Assembly (NCBI GenBank): GCA_002269645.1
Contig: NIVC01001854.1
Coordinates: forward strand, 1 to 64,000
Source: Macrostomum lignano
Lineage: Eukaryota
DNA: 64,000 nucleotides
Direction of reading: 5' to 3'
Under the pieces are notes generated by a model. The model saw nothing but the letters and a program-made list of their open reading frames with translations. It made no database searches and was not told the origin of the DNA. Position numbers and translations under genes: made by a program. Positions within the stretch are counted from its first letter, which is position 1. Every line of letters begins with the position of its first letter. Positions 23,996 to 36,500 of the stretch are shown here, piece by piece.

Positions 23996-24541
23996 CCCCA
24001 GAGAATAATAACCCGATCTGTTGTTAAGCTGGTATCGTGAACATGTTAAACATTGGCCACAGTACCGCATGCACCCTTGAACCCATACTGTATAACAGTA
24101 TAAGAACATGCACTATAGACCGTTAAGTAAAGTACACCCAATCATAAACGGCCACAATTAACTTTCTGTGCAAGTTGCCTGTAATTTGGCTCCCAAATGC
24201 GGCATTGTAAAACTTGGTGCTAAATCACATTTCTAAAGACAGTATAATTTCCAATAATAACAATATTTATGCTTCCATTATGATTGAATTTTATGCCAAG
24301 AAACGCCCTAGATCTCCGCAGATGTGCTTGAATGCGCGATATTCGATCATTTAACCCGAATAATTAATTAAAAATATAAAAAACTAATCGATTAATTATT
24401 CATTTAAATTAGTTGCTATGGAATTATTTACTCGTATTTTCAATTTGATTTTGCAACATTTTCACGTCATTTGCCTGTTCGCTATTAGTAGGCTAATGCG
24501 CAAATTTTATAACAATAATCAACAAAATCTGTAAAAGTCTG

Positions 24542-27500
24542 TCAATTATCCGGCAGGACTTGACCGTGCACAGTTAAACGCTGATGAAACGGTGGAGTAG
24601 GGCAGGTCAGGAGTTCGAATCTGTTAGCTGCTGCCGAATCGGATGATGGTGACATTGTGGAATTTTTATCATCACTGGCGTCAAATGATTGTTCATTTAT
24701 GGGGCCGGAGTCGTCATCCCGATTGCCACCCAATCGGTCAGCAGCCGCGGCTAGCCAGTCTTCATCTTGGGCTTCCAATCCAAGTCCAAGGACTACTACT
24801 AGATCGATCTGGGAGGCCTCGGCTGGCCTGGGCGAGTGGCAGCAGTCGAGACAGGCGGCATCAATAGGATGGGCCTCGGTGTTGAACACGTGAGCGCCGG
24901 ACCAGACTCTGCAGGCGCCTCGCGGTGTTTGAACCGAGTATCCGCCAGTGCGAGAGGCCGTGTGCAGGAAGTGGTCGGGTGTGAACAGCAGGTACAAATA
25001 TTTCACTGTCTCGGCTAGGAAGAATGACTCCATGCGATCCTCCAGGCTGTGGTGAAGCACGTTGCTTACCTGAGCAATTGCAATGGGGATTTTACTCATA
25101 GATCCCTATTTCCCTACTTACAGATCCCTATTTCCCTACTTACAGAATCCCTATCTCCCTACTTACAGATCCCTATTTCCCTACTTACAGAATCCCTATC
25201 TCCCTACTTACAGATCCCTATCTCCCTACTTACAGATCCCTATTTCCCTACTTACAGATCCCTATTTCCCTACTTACAGATCCCTATTTCCCTACTTACA
25301 GATCCCTATTTCCCTACTTACAGATCCCTATTTCCCTACTTACAGAATCCCTATCTCCCTACTTACAGATCCCTATTTCCCTACTTACAGATCCCTATTT
25401 CCCTACTTACAGAATCCCTATCTCCCTACTTACAGATCCCTATCTCCCTACTTACAGATCCCTATTTCCCTACTTACAGATCCCTATTTCCCTACTTACA
25501 GAATCCCTATCTCCCTACTTACAGATCCCTATTTCCCTACTCACAGATCTCCATCTCCCTATTCACAGATCCCCATCTCCCCACTCACAGATCTCCATAT
25601 CCCTATTCACAGATCCACATCTCCCTACTCACAGATCTCCATCTCCCTATTCACAGATCCCCATCTCCCTACTCACAGATCTCCATCTCCCTACTTACAG
25701 ATCTCCATCTCCCTACTCACAGATCTCCATCTCCCTATTCACAGATCCCCATCTCCCTACTCACAGATCTCCATCTCCCTACTTACAGATCTCCATCTCC
25801 CTACTCCGTACACAGATCACAGATCCCTGACTCCGTACTCACAGATCTCAATCTCCCTACTTACAGATCTCTATCTCCCTACTCACAATCCCCATCTCCT
25901 CATTCACAGATCCCTGACTCCGTACTCACAGATCCTTATCTCCCTACTCACAGATCCTTATCTCTCTACTCAGATACCTATCTCTCTACTCACAGATACC
26001 CATCTCCCTACTCACAGATGCCCATCTCCCTACTCACAGACCCCACCCCCTACTTACGGTAGCGAAACCGCAGTCAGTCCTAGCCATAGTCTCAATGGAA
26101 TACAGCACATCAACGCCCATCTGCAGCACAGCCGGATCGCCAGTGGCCCTATGCAAATAGTAGATACTCTCAATGAGCTCCGGCCGCAGTGGGTAGGCCT
26201 CTCGGCCTGGCACCGGCTGCGACTTTGGCACGCTGTAGAACTCTGGCAGAGACCCGTGAGCCTTCCAAACCTGCGCGATGAATAACCAGGTGGATTGGGA
26301 GGAGCCCACTGATTGCTAAACAACCGCAAGTTTCGAACTCACCTGATGATAATTATGCAGAGTGCGCAAGGCCTGGTCAGTGTCCCCAACTAGACTCAGT
26401 ACGCCAGGCCAGAAAGCGTCTAAACTTTGAAACACTGGACTGGTCAGATGGCCCTTGTCCATGTGCACCCAGAAGTACCAGTCGTCCATGCGAACGTGCT
26501 TGTTGTAGGCGTCTTTGTAGCCTAAAATGTACATTAATTCTTCGCATAATAATCATTTTTGTACAGAACCTACGGGCTAACTAAAATTCTATAAACTCTT
26601 TTAAGTACCGAGGAACTTCTCTACTCTATCCGTGTGTCACTCTATATGTGTGTCACTATCCGTGTGTCTGAACTCTATCCATGTGTCACTCTAGCTGTGT
26701 GTCACTCTACCCGTGTGTCACTATCCGTGTGTCTGAACTCTATCCATGTGTCACTCTATCCGTGTGTCTGAACTCTATCCATATGTCACTCTATCTGTGT
26801 GTCACACCCGTGTGTCACTCTATCTGTGTCTGAACTCTATCCGTGTCACTCTATCCGTGTGTCACTATCCGTGTGTCTGAACTCTATCCATGTGTCTCTC
26901 TATCCGTGTGTCACTCTATTTGTGTGTCACACCCGTGTGTCACTCTATGTGTCTGAACTCTATCCGTGTCACTCTATCCGTGTGTCTCTCTATCCGTGTG
27001 TCACTCTATCCATATGTCACTCTATCCGTATATCACTCTATCCGTGTGTCACTCTATCCGTGTATCACTCTATCCGTGTATCACTCTATCCATGTGTCAC
27101 TCTATCCGTGTATCACTCTATCCGTGTATCACTCTATCCGTGTATCGCTCTATCCGTGTGTCACTTTATTTGTATGTCACACCCGTGTGTCACTCTATCT
27201 GTGTCTGAACTCTATCCGTGTCACTCTATCCGTGTGTCTGAACTCTATCCATGTGTCTCTCTATCCGTGTGTCACTCTATCCATATGTCACTCTATCCAT
27301 GTGTCACTCTATCCGTGTATCGCTCTATCCGTGTATCACTCTATCCGTGTGTCACTCTATCCGTGTGTCACTCTATCCGTGTATCACTCTATCCGTGTAT
27401 CACTCTATCCGTGTGTCACTCTATCCGTGTGTCACTCTATTTGTGTGTCACACCCGTGTGTCACTCTATCTGTGTCTGAACTCTATCCGTGTCACTCTAT

Positions 27501-30500
27501 CCGTGTGTCTGAACTCTATCCATGTGTCTCTCTATCCGTGTGTCACTCTATCCATATGTCACTCTATCCATGTGTCACTCTATCCGTGTATCACTCTATC
27601 CATGTGTCACTCTATCCGTGTATCACTCTATCCGTGTATCGCTCTATCCGTGTATCACTCTATCCGTGTATCACTCTATCCATGTGTCACTCTATCCGTG
27701 TATCACTCTATCCGTGTATCGCTCTATCCGTGTATCACTCTATCCGTGTATCGCTCTATCCATGTGTCACTCTATCCGTGTGTCACTCTATCCGTGTATC
27801 ACTATCCGTGTATCACTCTATCCGTGTATCACTATTTATGTGTCAACTAAGCAAAAAGAATCACAGCCAGCCCACATGGCTTACCATTGAACATGCTCAC
27901 AAGCTCCGGCCGTTGCAGCAGCACCCCAGCCTTGACCAGATACTCAAAGTAAGAGTCCACGGCGCTGCCAATACCAGCGTCCAGGGCGGTCCAGCGGCCA
28001 CGCTGCACATCCACGTGGTTGCCAACCAGGCCAAGCGGGCTGCGCAACGAGTGCAAAGCGCGAACGGCGCGCATCGCCGCAGACTCAAACGCAGGATCGC
28101 CAGTTAATCGACTCAATGCGCCGAATTCCACTAGCAGCGTGCCAACGCAGGCGGTGCAAGCGACCGGAGTCTCGCCGGGTGGGACGCCTTCAAGTAAAAT
28201 TAATTTAAAAAAATTACTTCTCTACTACTTTTAGGACCAAATTAAATAAGTATTATAAAATAAAAAAAGCGAATAAGTCTAAGAAATAATAATTTTTTTC
28301 GTATTTTATTTTGATATAAAATCTATAAGAATCTAAAATCTAAAACTGAGCCGAAATCACGGCGCTAAACGTCAAACGAAGCCAGTTTGTGGCGCTAAAA
28401 TCTAGCCAGTGGCGCTGAAATCTAGCCTGTGGTGCTGAAATCTAGCAAGTGGCGCTAAAAAATCTAGCCTGTGGTGCTGAAATCTAGCAAGTGGCGCTAA
28501 AAAAATCTAGTCTGATGCTAAAATGTAGCCAGTGGTGCTAAATCTAGCCAGTGGCGCTAAAATGTAGGCCGTGGCGCTAAAGTCTAGCCAGTGTCGCTAA
28601 AGTCTAGCCTGTGGCGCTAAAATCCAGTCTGTGGCGCTAAAATCCAGTCTGTGGCGCTAAAATCTAGCCTTTGGCGCTAAAATCTAGTCAGTGGCGCTAA
28701 AATCTAGTCAGTGGCGCTAAAGTCTAGCCAGTGGCGCTAAAATGAAGCCAGTGGCGCTTAAGTCTAGCCTGTGGCGCTAAAATCTAGTCTGTGGCGCTAA
28801 AATTTCGTCTGTTGCGCTAAAATCTAGTCAGTGGCGCTAAAATCTAGTCAGTGGCGCTAAAGTCTAGCCAGTGGCGCTAAAATGAAGCCAGTGGCGCTAA
28901 AGTCTAGCCTGTGGCGCTAAAATCTAGTCTGTGGCGCTAAAATGAAGCAAGCCCATGAATCCCATACCATGCAGCAAGTTGACGGTGCCATAGGGCATGC
29001 CAGTGGCGGTGGCAAAGGCCGGCAGGAGTCGCCTAGCAAACCGTTCAGCCATGGCCAGCAACGGACCCGAGCAGGGCCAGCCGTCGCCATTAGCATATCC
29101 GGCCCGATTGCTCAACAGGTGAGCAGAGAGCAGGCCGCCAACAATACGGATATTAGTCTCAAACACGGATACGTTAACATTGGCCAGAGGATCCAATTGT
29201 CTCAGCAGTAAGTCAGCCGCCCGTTGGAATTCGCTGTAGTTGCCAAGCAGCACCAGTGAGTCCAGAGCGTCTACCAGAGTGAGGGAATAAGCGCCCCAGG
29301 TGTCCGCACCAGTGCAGCTTAGAGGCCGTAGCTCGTCGCGCGGATAAGCATATCGCATATAGCCATTGTATGCGTGATAGAACATGGACTGGACGCGGTC
29401 CCTGACATATGGGAATTTGGAATGGAAGAAAGTATTTATCAGTTGAAATTTTGTCAAGTACAGTTAGAGCTAGGAAATTTTATTGCTGATTCGTTGATTA
29501 TGAGGTGGAAGATCACATGATTTGGGAATGTGAATGGCAGATCACATTATTTGGGAATGTAATTGTGAATCATAGATGGCATGATATGGGAATGTGAATG
29601 AAAGGTTACATGATCATTTGTGAATGTGAATGGCAGGTCACATGATTTGGGAATGTAATTGTGAATCATACCATGTAGATAGCATGATTTGGGAATGTGA
29701 ATGGCAGGTTACATGATTTGGGAATGTGAATGGCAGGTTACATGATTTGGGAATGTGAATGGCAGGTTACATGATTTGGGAATGTGAATGGCAGGTTACA
29801 TGATTTGGGAATGTGAATGGCAGGTTACATGATTATTTGTGAATGTGAATGGCAGGTCACTGTTTTGATGGTTCATTCAATAAATTGAGTCTTCGCAGTA
29901 AGCGACTATTTTTCGGCTACTAGCCAACCGAACAAAACAACCAGCGTGCGCACTCTCTCTGGAGAGGCTGATAACTATATATTGCAATAATTTTAAATAA
30001 ATGGGGTGGGTGCTGCTGAACATTATAAATGGGGGCTGGGGCTGAAACGTACGTATCAAAATCTCTGCTATGAAAGTTACGCGTAGGTGAATGAAAAGTA
30101 CACTCGTACATGTAAGCCAACTCCTAAACATTCCCCCCTTCCTGACAGAGCAATGTCAGCAACAAAGACCGGAAACACTGAACTTGAGTACCTAGTAACC
30201 GAACGGACAAACTATGACCATAGCAAAAAAAAAACATACAACGCCTGGGAACAGCACGAGAAGCGTGAGGGCTCAAAAGAGCTCAAAAGCCAAACTGAAA
30301 AGATGTTTCGGCACCCGCCACCAAGACTCGCAAATGAAAACAATGAAAATGCGCAAGACCGCAAACTGAAATAAGTTACCACTAAACATCAAAAAATATA
30401 AAAATTTGCAACTCAGCTTAAACTCGCAATTTTAATAAAGTCGAAAATGGTTGACAGAAAAAACCCATCACCGTAACTTAACAGAAACTTCAAACAGCTC

Positions 30501-33500
30501 AAACTCAAAGGAAAAACAAATGCGCCAACTGCGCTCCAAAAAAATCTGATCCCAAAAAAACCATGAACAAAAACAGACACAACCAATAATCAAAAAGGCA
30601 ACGGCTTGAAAAGCCCAAAACTGGCAGAAAGCCTACTGAACGCACACGATACAGTACAAACAATTTGAAAACTCAGCGTAAACTCGGAAAAGTCCGGAAA
30701 AGAAAACAAACAGTTCTTAAGCAAATGATCAACTCCTCTCACTCGAGATAGCACAGTTTGCTCACAGGCCGCACGAATACCGTCCCACCGACCTGGACCT
30801 TGGCCACCCGGACTCGATTGTCTGAACCTGGGTAGACTTCGACTACTCGTCCCAACGGCCAGTGTCCCCGCGGTGAGTCTGCTTTGATGACGAGAACGAC
30901 ATCACCTGGCTGTAAATCACGCTGCGGTCCCGCCCACTTGGCTCTCGGCTGCAACCCTGGCAGCCATTCGCGCATCCAGCGTCGCCAGACGTGCCTCACG
31001 AGTTCTTGGACGCGCCGCCACCGCCGCCTCGGGTCAGCCGCGACGTCGTCGGGCACATCCGGCGCGAATTGTCCACCAGCTTGACCGTGCAGGAAATGGT
31101 TTGGCGTTAGTGGCTCTTCGTCTCTCGGATTCGCCGATTGATAGGTGATGGGGCGCGAGTTGATAAGCGCCTCCGCTCCAGTGATCGCTGACTGAAGCTC
31201 CTCGTCGGTGACATCTGCGCTGCCCAGAATCGCGTGTAGCGCTCGCTTCGCAGCCCGAATCATCACCTCGTGGGCTCCACCAAAGTGCGGGGCGGCTGGC
31301 GGCTGGAAGTTCCACTTGACTCGCTGCTTGGATGTCTCGCGACTGATCCTTGTCCTGTCCAGCTCCTCCAGAAGTCGCAGTTCATCTGCACCTTTTACAA
31401 AGTTGCCACCGTTGTCAGAATACATAGCCTTGGGTAAGCCACGCCTGTTCACCATTCGGTAGAAGGCGTTCAAGAAAGAGTCCGCGTCAAGGCTGTAGGT
31501 CATCTCGAGGTGTACCGCTCGCGTCTCGAGGCATGTGAACAGCGCCAAATAGCGTTTCTGCCTCTTCTTAAATCGGCCTTGAATAGTGACGAACGGCCCT
31601 CCCATGTCGACGGCTACGTTCGTGAAGGCTTTTAAGGATCCTGCGACACGGGCATCAGGCAGTGGCGCCATCTGTTGTACGATGGGACGAGCTTTCTCTC
31701 TCTTGCACACAGCGCATTCAACCTCCCACTCGCGAATAGCTTCCCGAGCACAGATAACCCAATACTTGGCTGACAGCGCCGCCAGAGTTTGGTTAGTCCC
31801 ACCATGGCTCTGCTGCTCGTGATATTGTTTGATGATCAGCTTGGTGATCCAATGCTTCCGCGGCAAAATAGATGGATGTCTTGCTGCAAATGGCGCCTGT
31901 GGCCTGAATTTCAACCGGCCATCCACTCGTAGGACTCCTGCTGCATCACGTACCGGCTGCAAGCACCGCAGCTTCTTCTCGTTCACTGTATCCGTCTTGA
32001 ACGCTTCCTCCTGAGCTAACCTTACCAAACGCTCCTCGACCTCCTCGAGCTCATCCACCAACAGCTCACCGCCGCTCCGCTGATACTTCTCCGTCTGACA
32101 GTTCCGAATGAACCGCAACACCCAAGCGAAGACGCGCTGCAGTCGATGGAAACTAGAGAATCGCTCTGGTTTGAGTCGCCAGCCTGTCTTGTCTTCTTCA
32201 TCGGTGGTGACCAGACATACGGGCTCTGCACAACGCTTCTGGATGCTTGCTAGCTCTCTTCGACGGGTATTCGCCTCAGTAGTTTCTGGCGCAACTGGAA
32301 TCGGCATTTCTGGCCAATCGTTTGAGCACCTCGCCAAGAATCCAGGGCCGTTCCACCACAGCTCGTTGTCCATCAGCTCTTGCACACTGCAGCCACGGGA
32401 TGCCACATCCGCTGGATTCAGACCTGTTGGAACGTACCGCCATTGATTTGGCTGCACCTGCTGCTGGATGAAGGCGACTCGGTTCGCAACGAAAGGCTTG
32501 AACGCTCTACTCTGCCTGCGAATCCACCAAAGCACATTGTGACTGTCACTCCAAAACACCACAGACTCAATCGCGATCTCCAACGCCTCGGCCACTGCCC
32601 TTGCGAGCCGAAGTCCTAGGACTGCCGCCATCAACTCCAGTCGAGGGATGCTCACCGCCATCAATGGTGCTACCTTAGCCTTTGCAGCAACGAAACGGAC
32701 CGTCGTCTTACTCATCGTTTCGCTCCGCAGATATACGACGGCTCCGTAGGCCTCTTGCGATGCGTCTACAAACGAGTGAAGTTCGATGGATCCGTTGTCT
32801 GGACGCAGACACCGAGGCACGGCTAGTCTCGTAGCTTTGGAGAGCTCACTGGTCCACTGAAACGCTTGATCAGCCAACTCAGGATCCAACGCTTCATCCC
32901 ACCCAACACCTTGTTGCCATGCCAACTGCAGCATTATCTTTCCTGTGATAACTACCGGAGCTAGGAAGCCACAGGGGTCAAACACCTCGGCCACACCGCG
33001 CAAAAGCAGTCTCTTCGTCATCACCTTGCCGCTAGCATTCGACTCGCTGATGGAAATTCCTAGGACGTCCTCTTTCGCATTCCAATTCACTCCAAGCGCC
33101 TTAGCGGTTCGGGCCTCACCTTTCAATAGCAACTCGGCGCGTTCTGCGCGGTCCTCGACTGGAACGTGTTGCAGCACTTCTAACGAATTCGACATCCATT
33201 TGCAAGCTCGCATCCCTGCCTTGCTCCATAATTCTACGAGTTGTTGGAAGAGTTTCACCGCTTGGCCAACGGTTTCTACGGAGTCTAGACTGTCGTCCAT
33301 ATAAGTGGAATGCAGCACGGTGTTGGCCGCCAGCGGCAGCTGTTGCTGATAGTGTCGCGCATTCTCCTGTGCCACAAACTGAGCCAGAAACGGAGAGCAG
33401 TTTACGCCAAATACCACACTGCAGAACTCATAGCTCTTCGGCGTTTGCTTCAAGTCTAAGTCTCGCCACAGAAATCGGAAAAATCTTCTGTCCTCCGGCG

Positions 33501-36500
33501 CAATTCGAACTCTCAGATACATCTCCTCGATGTCGGCTGCTAGCGCCACGGGATGCTTCCGGAACCGTAGGAGCACCTTTAGCAAATCCTGCTGCAACTT
33601 CGGTCCCGTATGAATGGTGTCATTTAGGCAGACCCCATTGCTCCGAGCCGCTGCATCAAACACAATTCGAACTTTGGTCGTCTCCTTATCGGCCCGCACT
33701 ATCGCGAAATGCGGCAAGAACCACTGGCCAGCCTGACTTGGCTCGCTGATGCCGACCTCCCGCACATAGCCTTTTGCCAGATGCTTGTCTATCACAGCCT
33801 GGTACGCCTTCGCTAGCTCCGGGTTCTTCAGCAAGCGCTTTTCTGTGCTGACGAGACGCTGTAGGGCAGCTTCGTTGTTCATAGGTAGTTCTTCCGGATT
33901 CTTTTTCCAAGGAATCGCCACTTGAAACCTGCCGTTCTCCATCTTCAAGGATGCTCGTGTCGCTTCTACGATCTTTTGATCTTCAGCGGACATTCTGGCC
34001 TGCTGTCCTCCATCTGGCACTTCATCGATCTCCCACATCTTCCGCAGAAGATCAGATGCCTCGTTCTCCGCCGTCACCGTAAAGAATGTCTGCTGCTGCT
34101 GCTCTTCTGCAGTTCCTACTTGATTCACTGGTCCAACGCAGGTCCACCCAATTGGCGTCAGTCTGGCAATCGGCTCTCCAGGTTGCCCACCTACTTCGCG
34201 ACAGGCAAAGTGCAAGTCTGCATTGTCCACACCAATGAGCATATCCACAGTCTGCTTCCCTTTAATTTTGTCGAACGGCACGCCCCTCAGATGAGCCCAA
34301 CGCTTTGCAAGCTGGCTCCAATCTACGGCTTCCATCCCACCGGTCACTTTCTCAGTTGTGTGGGCCGTAACTGTGGCACGAAAGGCGCCGTCCAGACTGC
34401 GGATGTCGACCTCAACCGGAACCGTCTGAAAGGTGCTCACCTGGCCGTTCAGAACCTTTACCGTCATCGGTTCGAGGTTGCCTTCCAAGCCGAGTTCCGC
34501 TGCAACGTCAGAGTTCAGGTACGACCGGGTGCTAGCGTCGTCCAGCAAGACATTCACTCGGACTTCCCGACCGCCGTTGGATAAAATCACGGGCACAGTC
34601 CTCAGCGCTATTGACGGCGATGTTCTGGCCAGTAAAGTGCATGCCTCTTGCGGCTCTTGAACTGTGCTCTTCTTCTCCTGGAAGGACTTTGGTCTTTCGA
34701 TCGTTTTGGGCGACCCCCCTTCATGCGGATTCGCCGTTGTCGCCGCCGGCCCTCGTTGATGCAGCAGCCGATTATGGTTTGCTTTGCAGCCATCAACACC
34801 GCACACTCTCGCTCGCTTGCACGCACCGGCTAGATGGTTTGCTCCCAAGCAGCAGAAGCACAGGCGCTTGTCACGAACCGTCGCCCATCTGGCTCCAGGT
34901 TCCATTCGTTGAAACCTTGGGCAGCTCCAAACTCCGTGCTGTTCTCCGCAGAGACCACAACCTTTTCGCCCTTCCGCCTGTTCTTTGTTTTGGCTATTCG
35001 AATCATTCGTCTTCACAAAAAACGAGCGTGCTGCGGCTGCCCCTCGGGAAACAGTTTTCTTGGCTTTTACACTGTCGTGCCGTCCGGTCTCACCGGAAGA
35101 AGCCACGCCTCTTACCGCCTCACACGCTACTGTCATGTACTCTGCCTCCGTCAGAAGCCATCGATGCAACGTTCTGAGCGAATCTTCTTTCCTAGCTTCT
35201 CCGATCCACCGATGAAAACGAGCTAGGGTTTCGGTTGGCAGCTTCTTTTGCACTCTCAAGTACATAAGTCCATTGTTGCTTAGCTCACTCTCTCGCCCTG
35301 CAGCCTGTAGATTAACTACCGTAACATCCAGCAAGTCGGCCAGCTTTTTTAATTGACTTGCATTCTCTATCTGAATAGGTTGGAAACTATCCAAGTCCTC
35401 CAGTGCCAGCATCAGTCTTCGTCTCTCTCCACCATACTCCCGCTCAAGCCTTTCCAGAGCCGCTTTGTAGGCGAACTCCGAGTAGCCAAGATTCGCAACA
35501 AGTTTTAATGCCTCTCCTCGCAGCGACTGGCGCAATTGCAACAACTTATAGGCTTCTGAAGATGGCGAGGCATGCACGCAGGCATAGAAAGCCGCCCGCC
35601 ATCCTTCAAACTCCCGTTTGTCTCCACTAAACACCGGTATCGCAACTCTCTGCAACTGCCTCCACATATCCTGACCGATTCTTTCCTCAGCCCAAGCTTT
35701 CGCTGTACATTCTGCTGCGGCGGCCGGTGAAGCCCCAATTGGCGAATTAGCTCCACCGTACATAGCTTGGATACCTAGCTGTCCGCGGGGTTGGTTAGAA
35801 TCAGCGTGGTCACACTTGCCGCCAGTTGGGGTGGGTGGTATTGATTTTTCTCCGGCCTTTACTCTCTCACCCCCTTGCTCAGCGCTCCTTAGTTGATCTG
35901 ACCCTCCCCCAATTAAGGGGTTGACTGAAGGGTCGGCTTGAACCATGGGGTTGGCGACTGGTACTGAGTACGCAGCTTGCGATTGGACGGCCGCTTCTAC
36001 CCGTAGTTGAGAGGAGTACAATTGATCATTTGCACTCGCTGACGTCTCTGCCAGTCTTAGCGCATCCAATCTGACATCTAACTCGCGCTGCCTCTCTGCA
36101 AACTCCTGCTGCATTCTGCGCTCCTCCTCCTCCATCTCTATCCGCTGCCGCCTGACTGCCTCCAACTCCTTCTGTCGCATCTCTTTCTGCTCGATCTCCC
36201 TCGACTCTAGTCGCACCTCTCGTTCCCTCTTGCGCAATTCTCTCAGCAAATTTACAATCTCACCGTACTCAGTCTCCAGCTTTTCCAACTCCTTTACTGT
36301 CTGGACTTGCACTGGTAGATTCCCGACGACCTCGGGCAGAATCGCTTGTAGCACCGCACTAACTCGCTCGTAGTGGTCATCCAGAGTGCCGGCCAGCGGT
36401 TCCACGTCCGCTAAAGTAGCTCCGTCCGAGCCCAATACCTTCAGTAGACGATTCCGCTGCTTCGTGAACGCGCACTTGTCGACCGCTTTTCTGGCCTTCA

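Noticed and set aside
21171-28107. Long ORFs such as 25049-26062, 25083-26285, 26799-28107, 21171-21889 and 23108-24109
   Set aside because: All are translations of minisatellites.
30146-30738. env-like ORF in the Bel/Pao 3' region
   Set aside because: The sense strand is T-rich with no substantial ORF; the plus-strand ORF 30087-30374 is antisense and uninformative.
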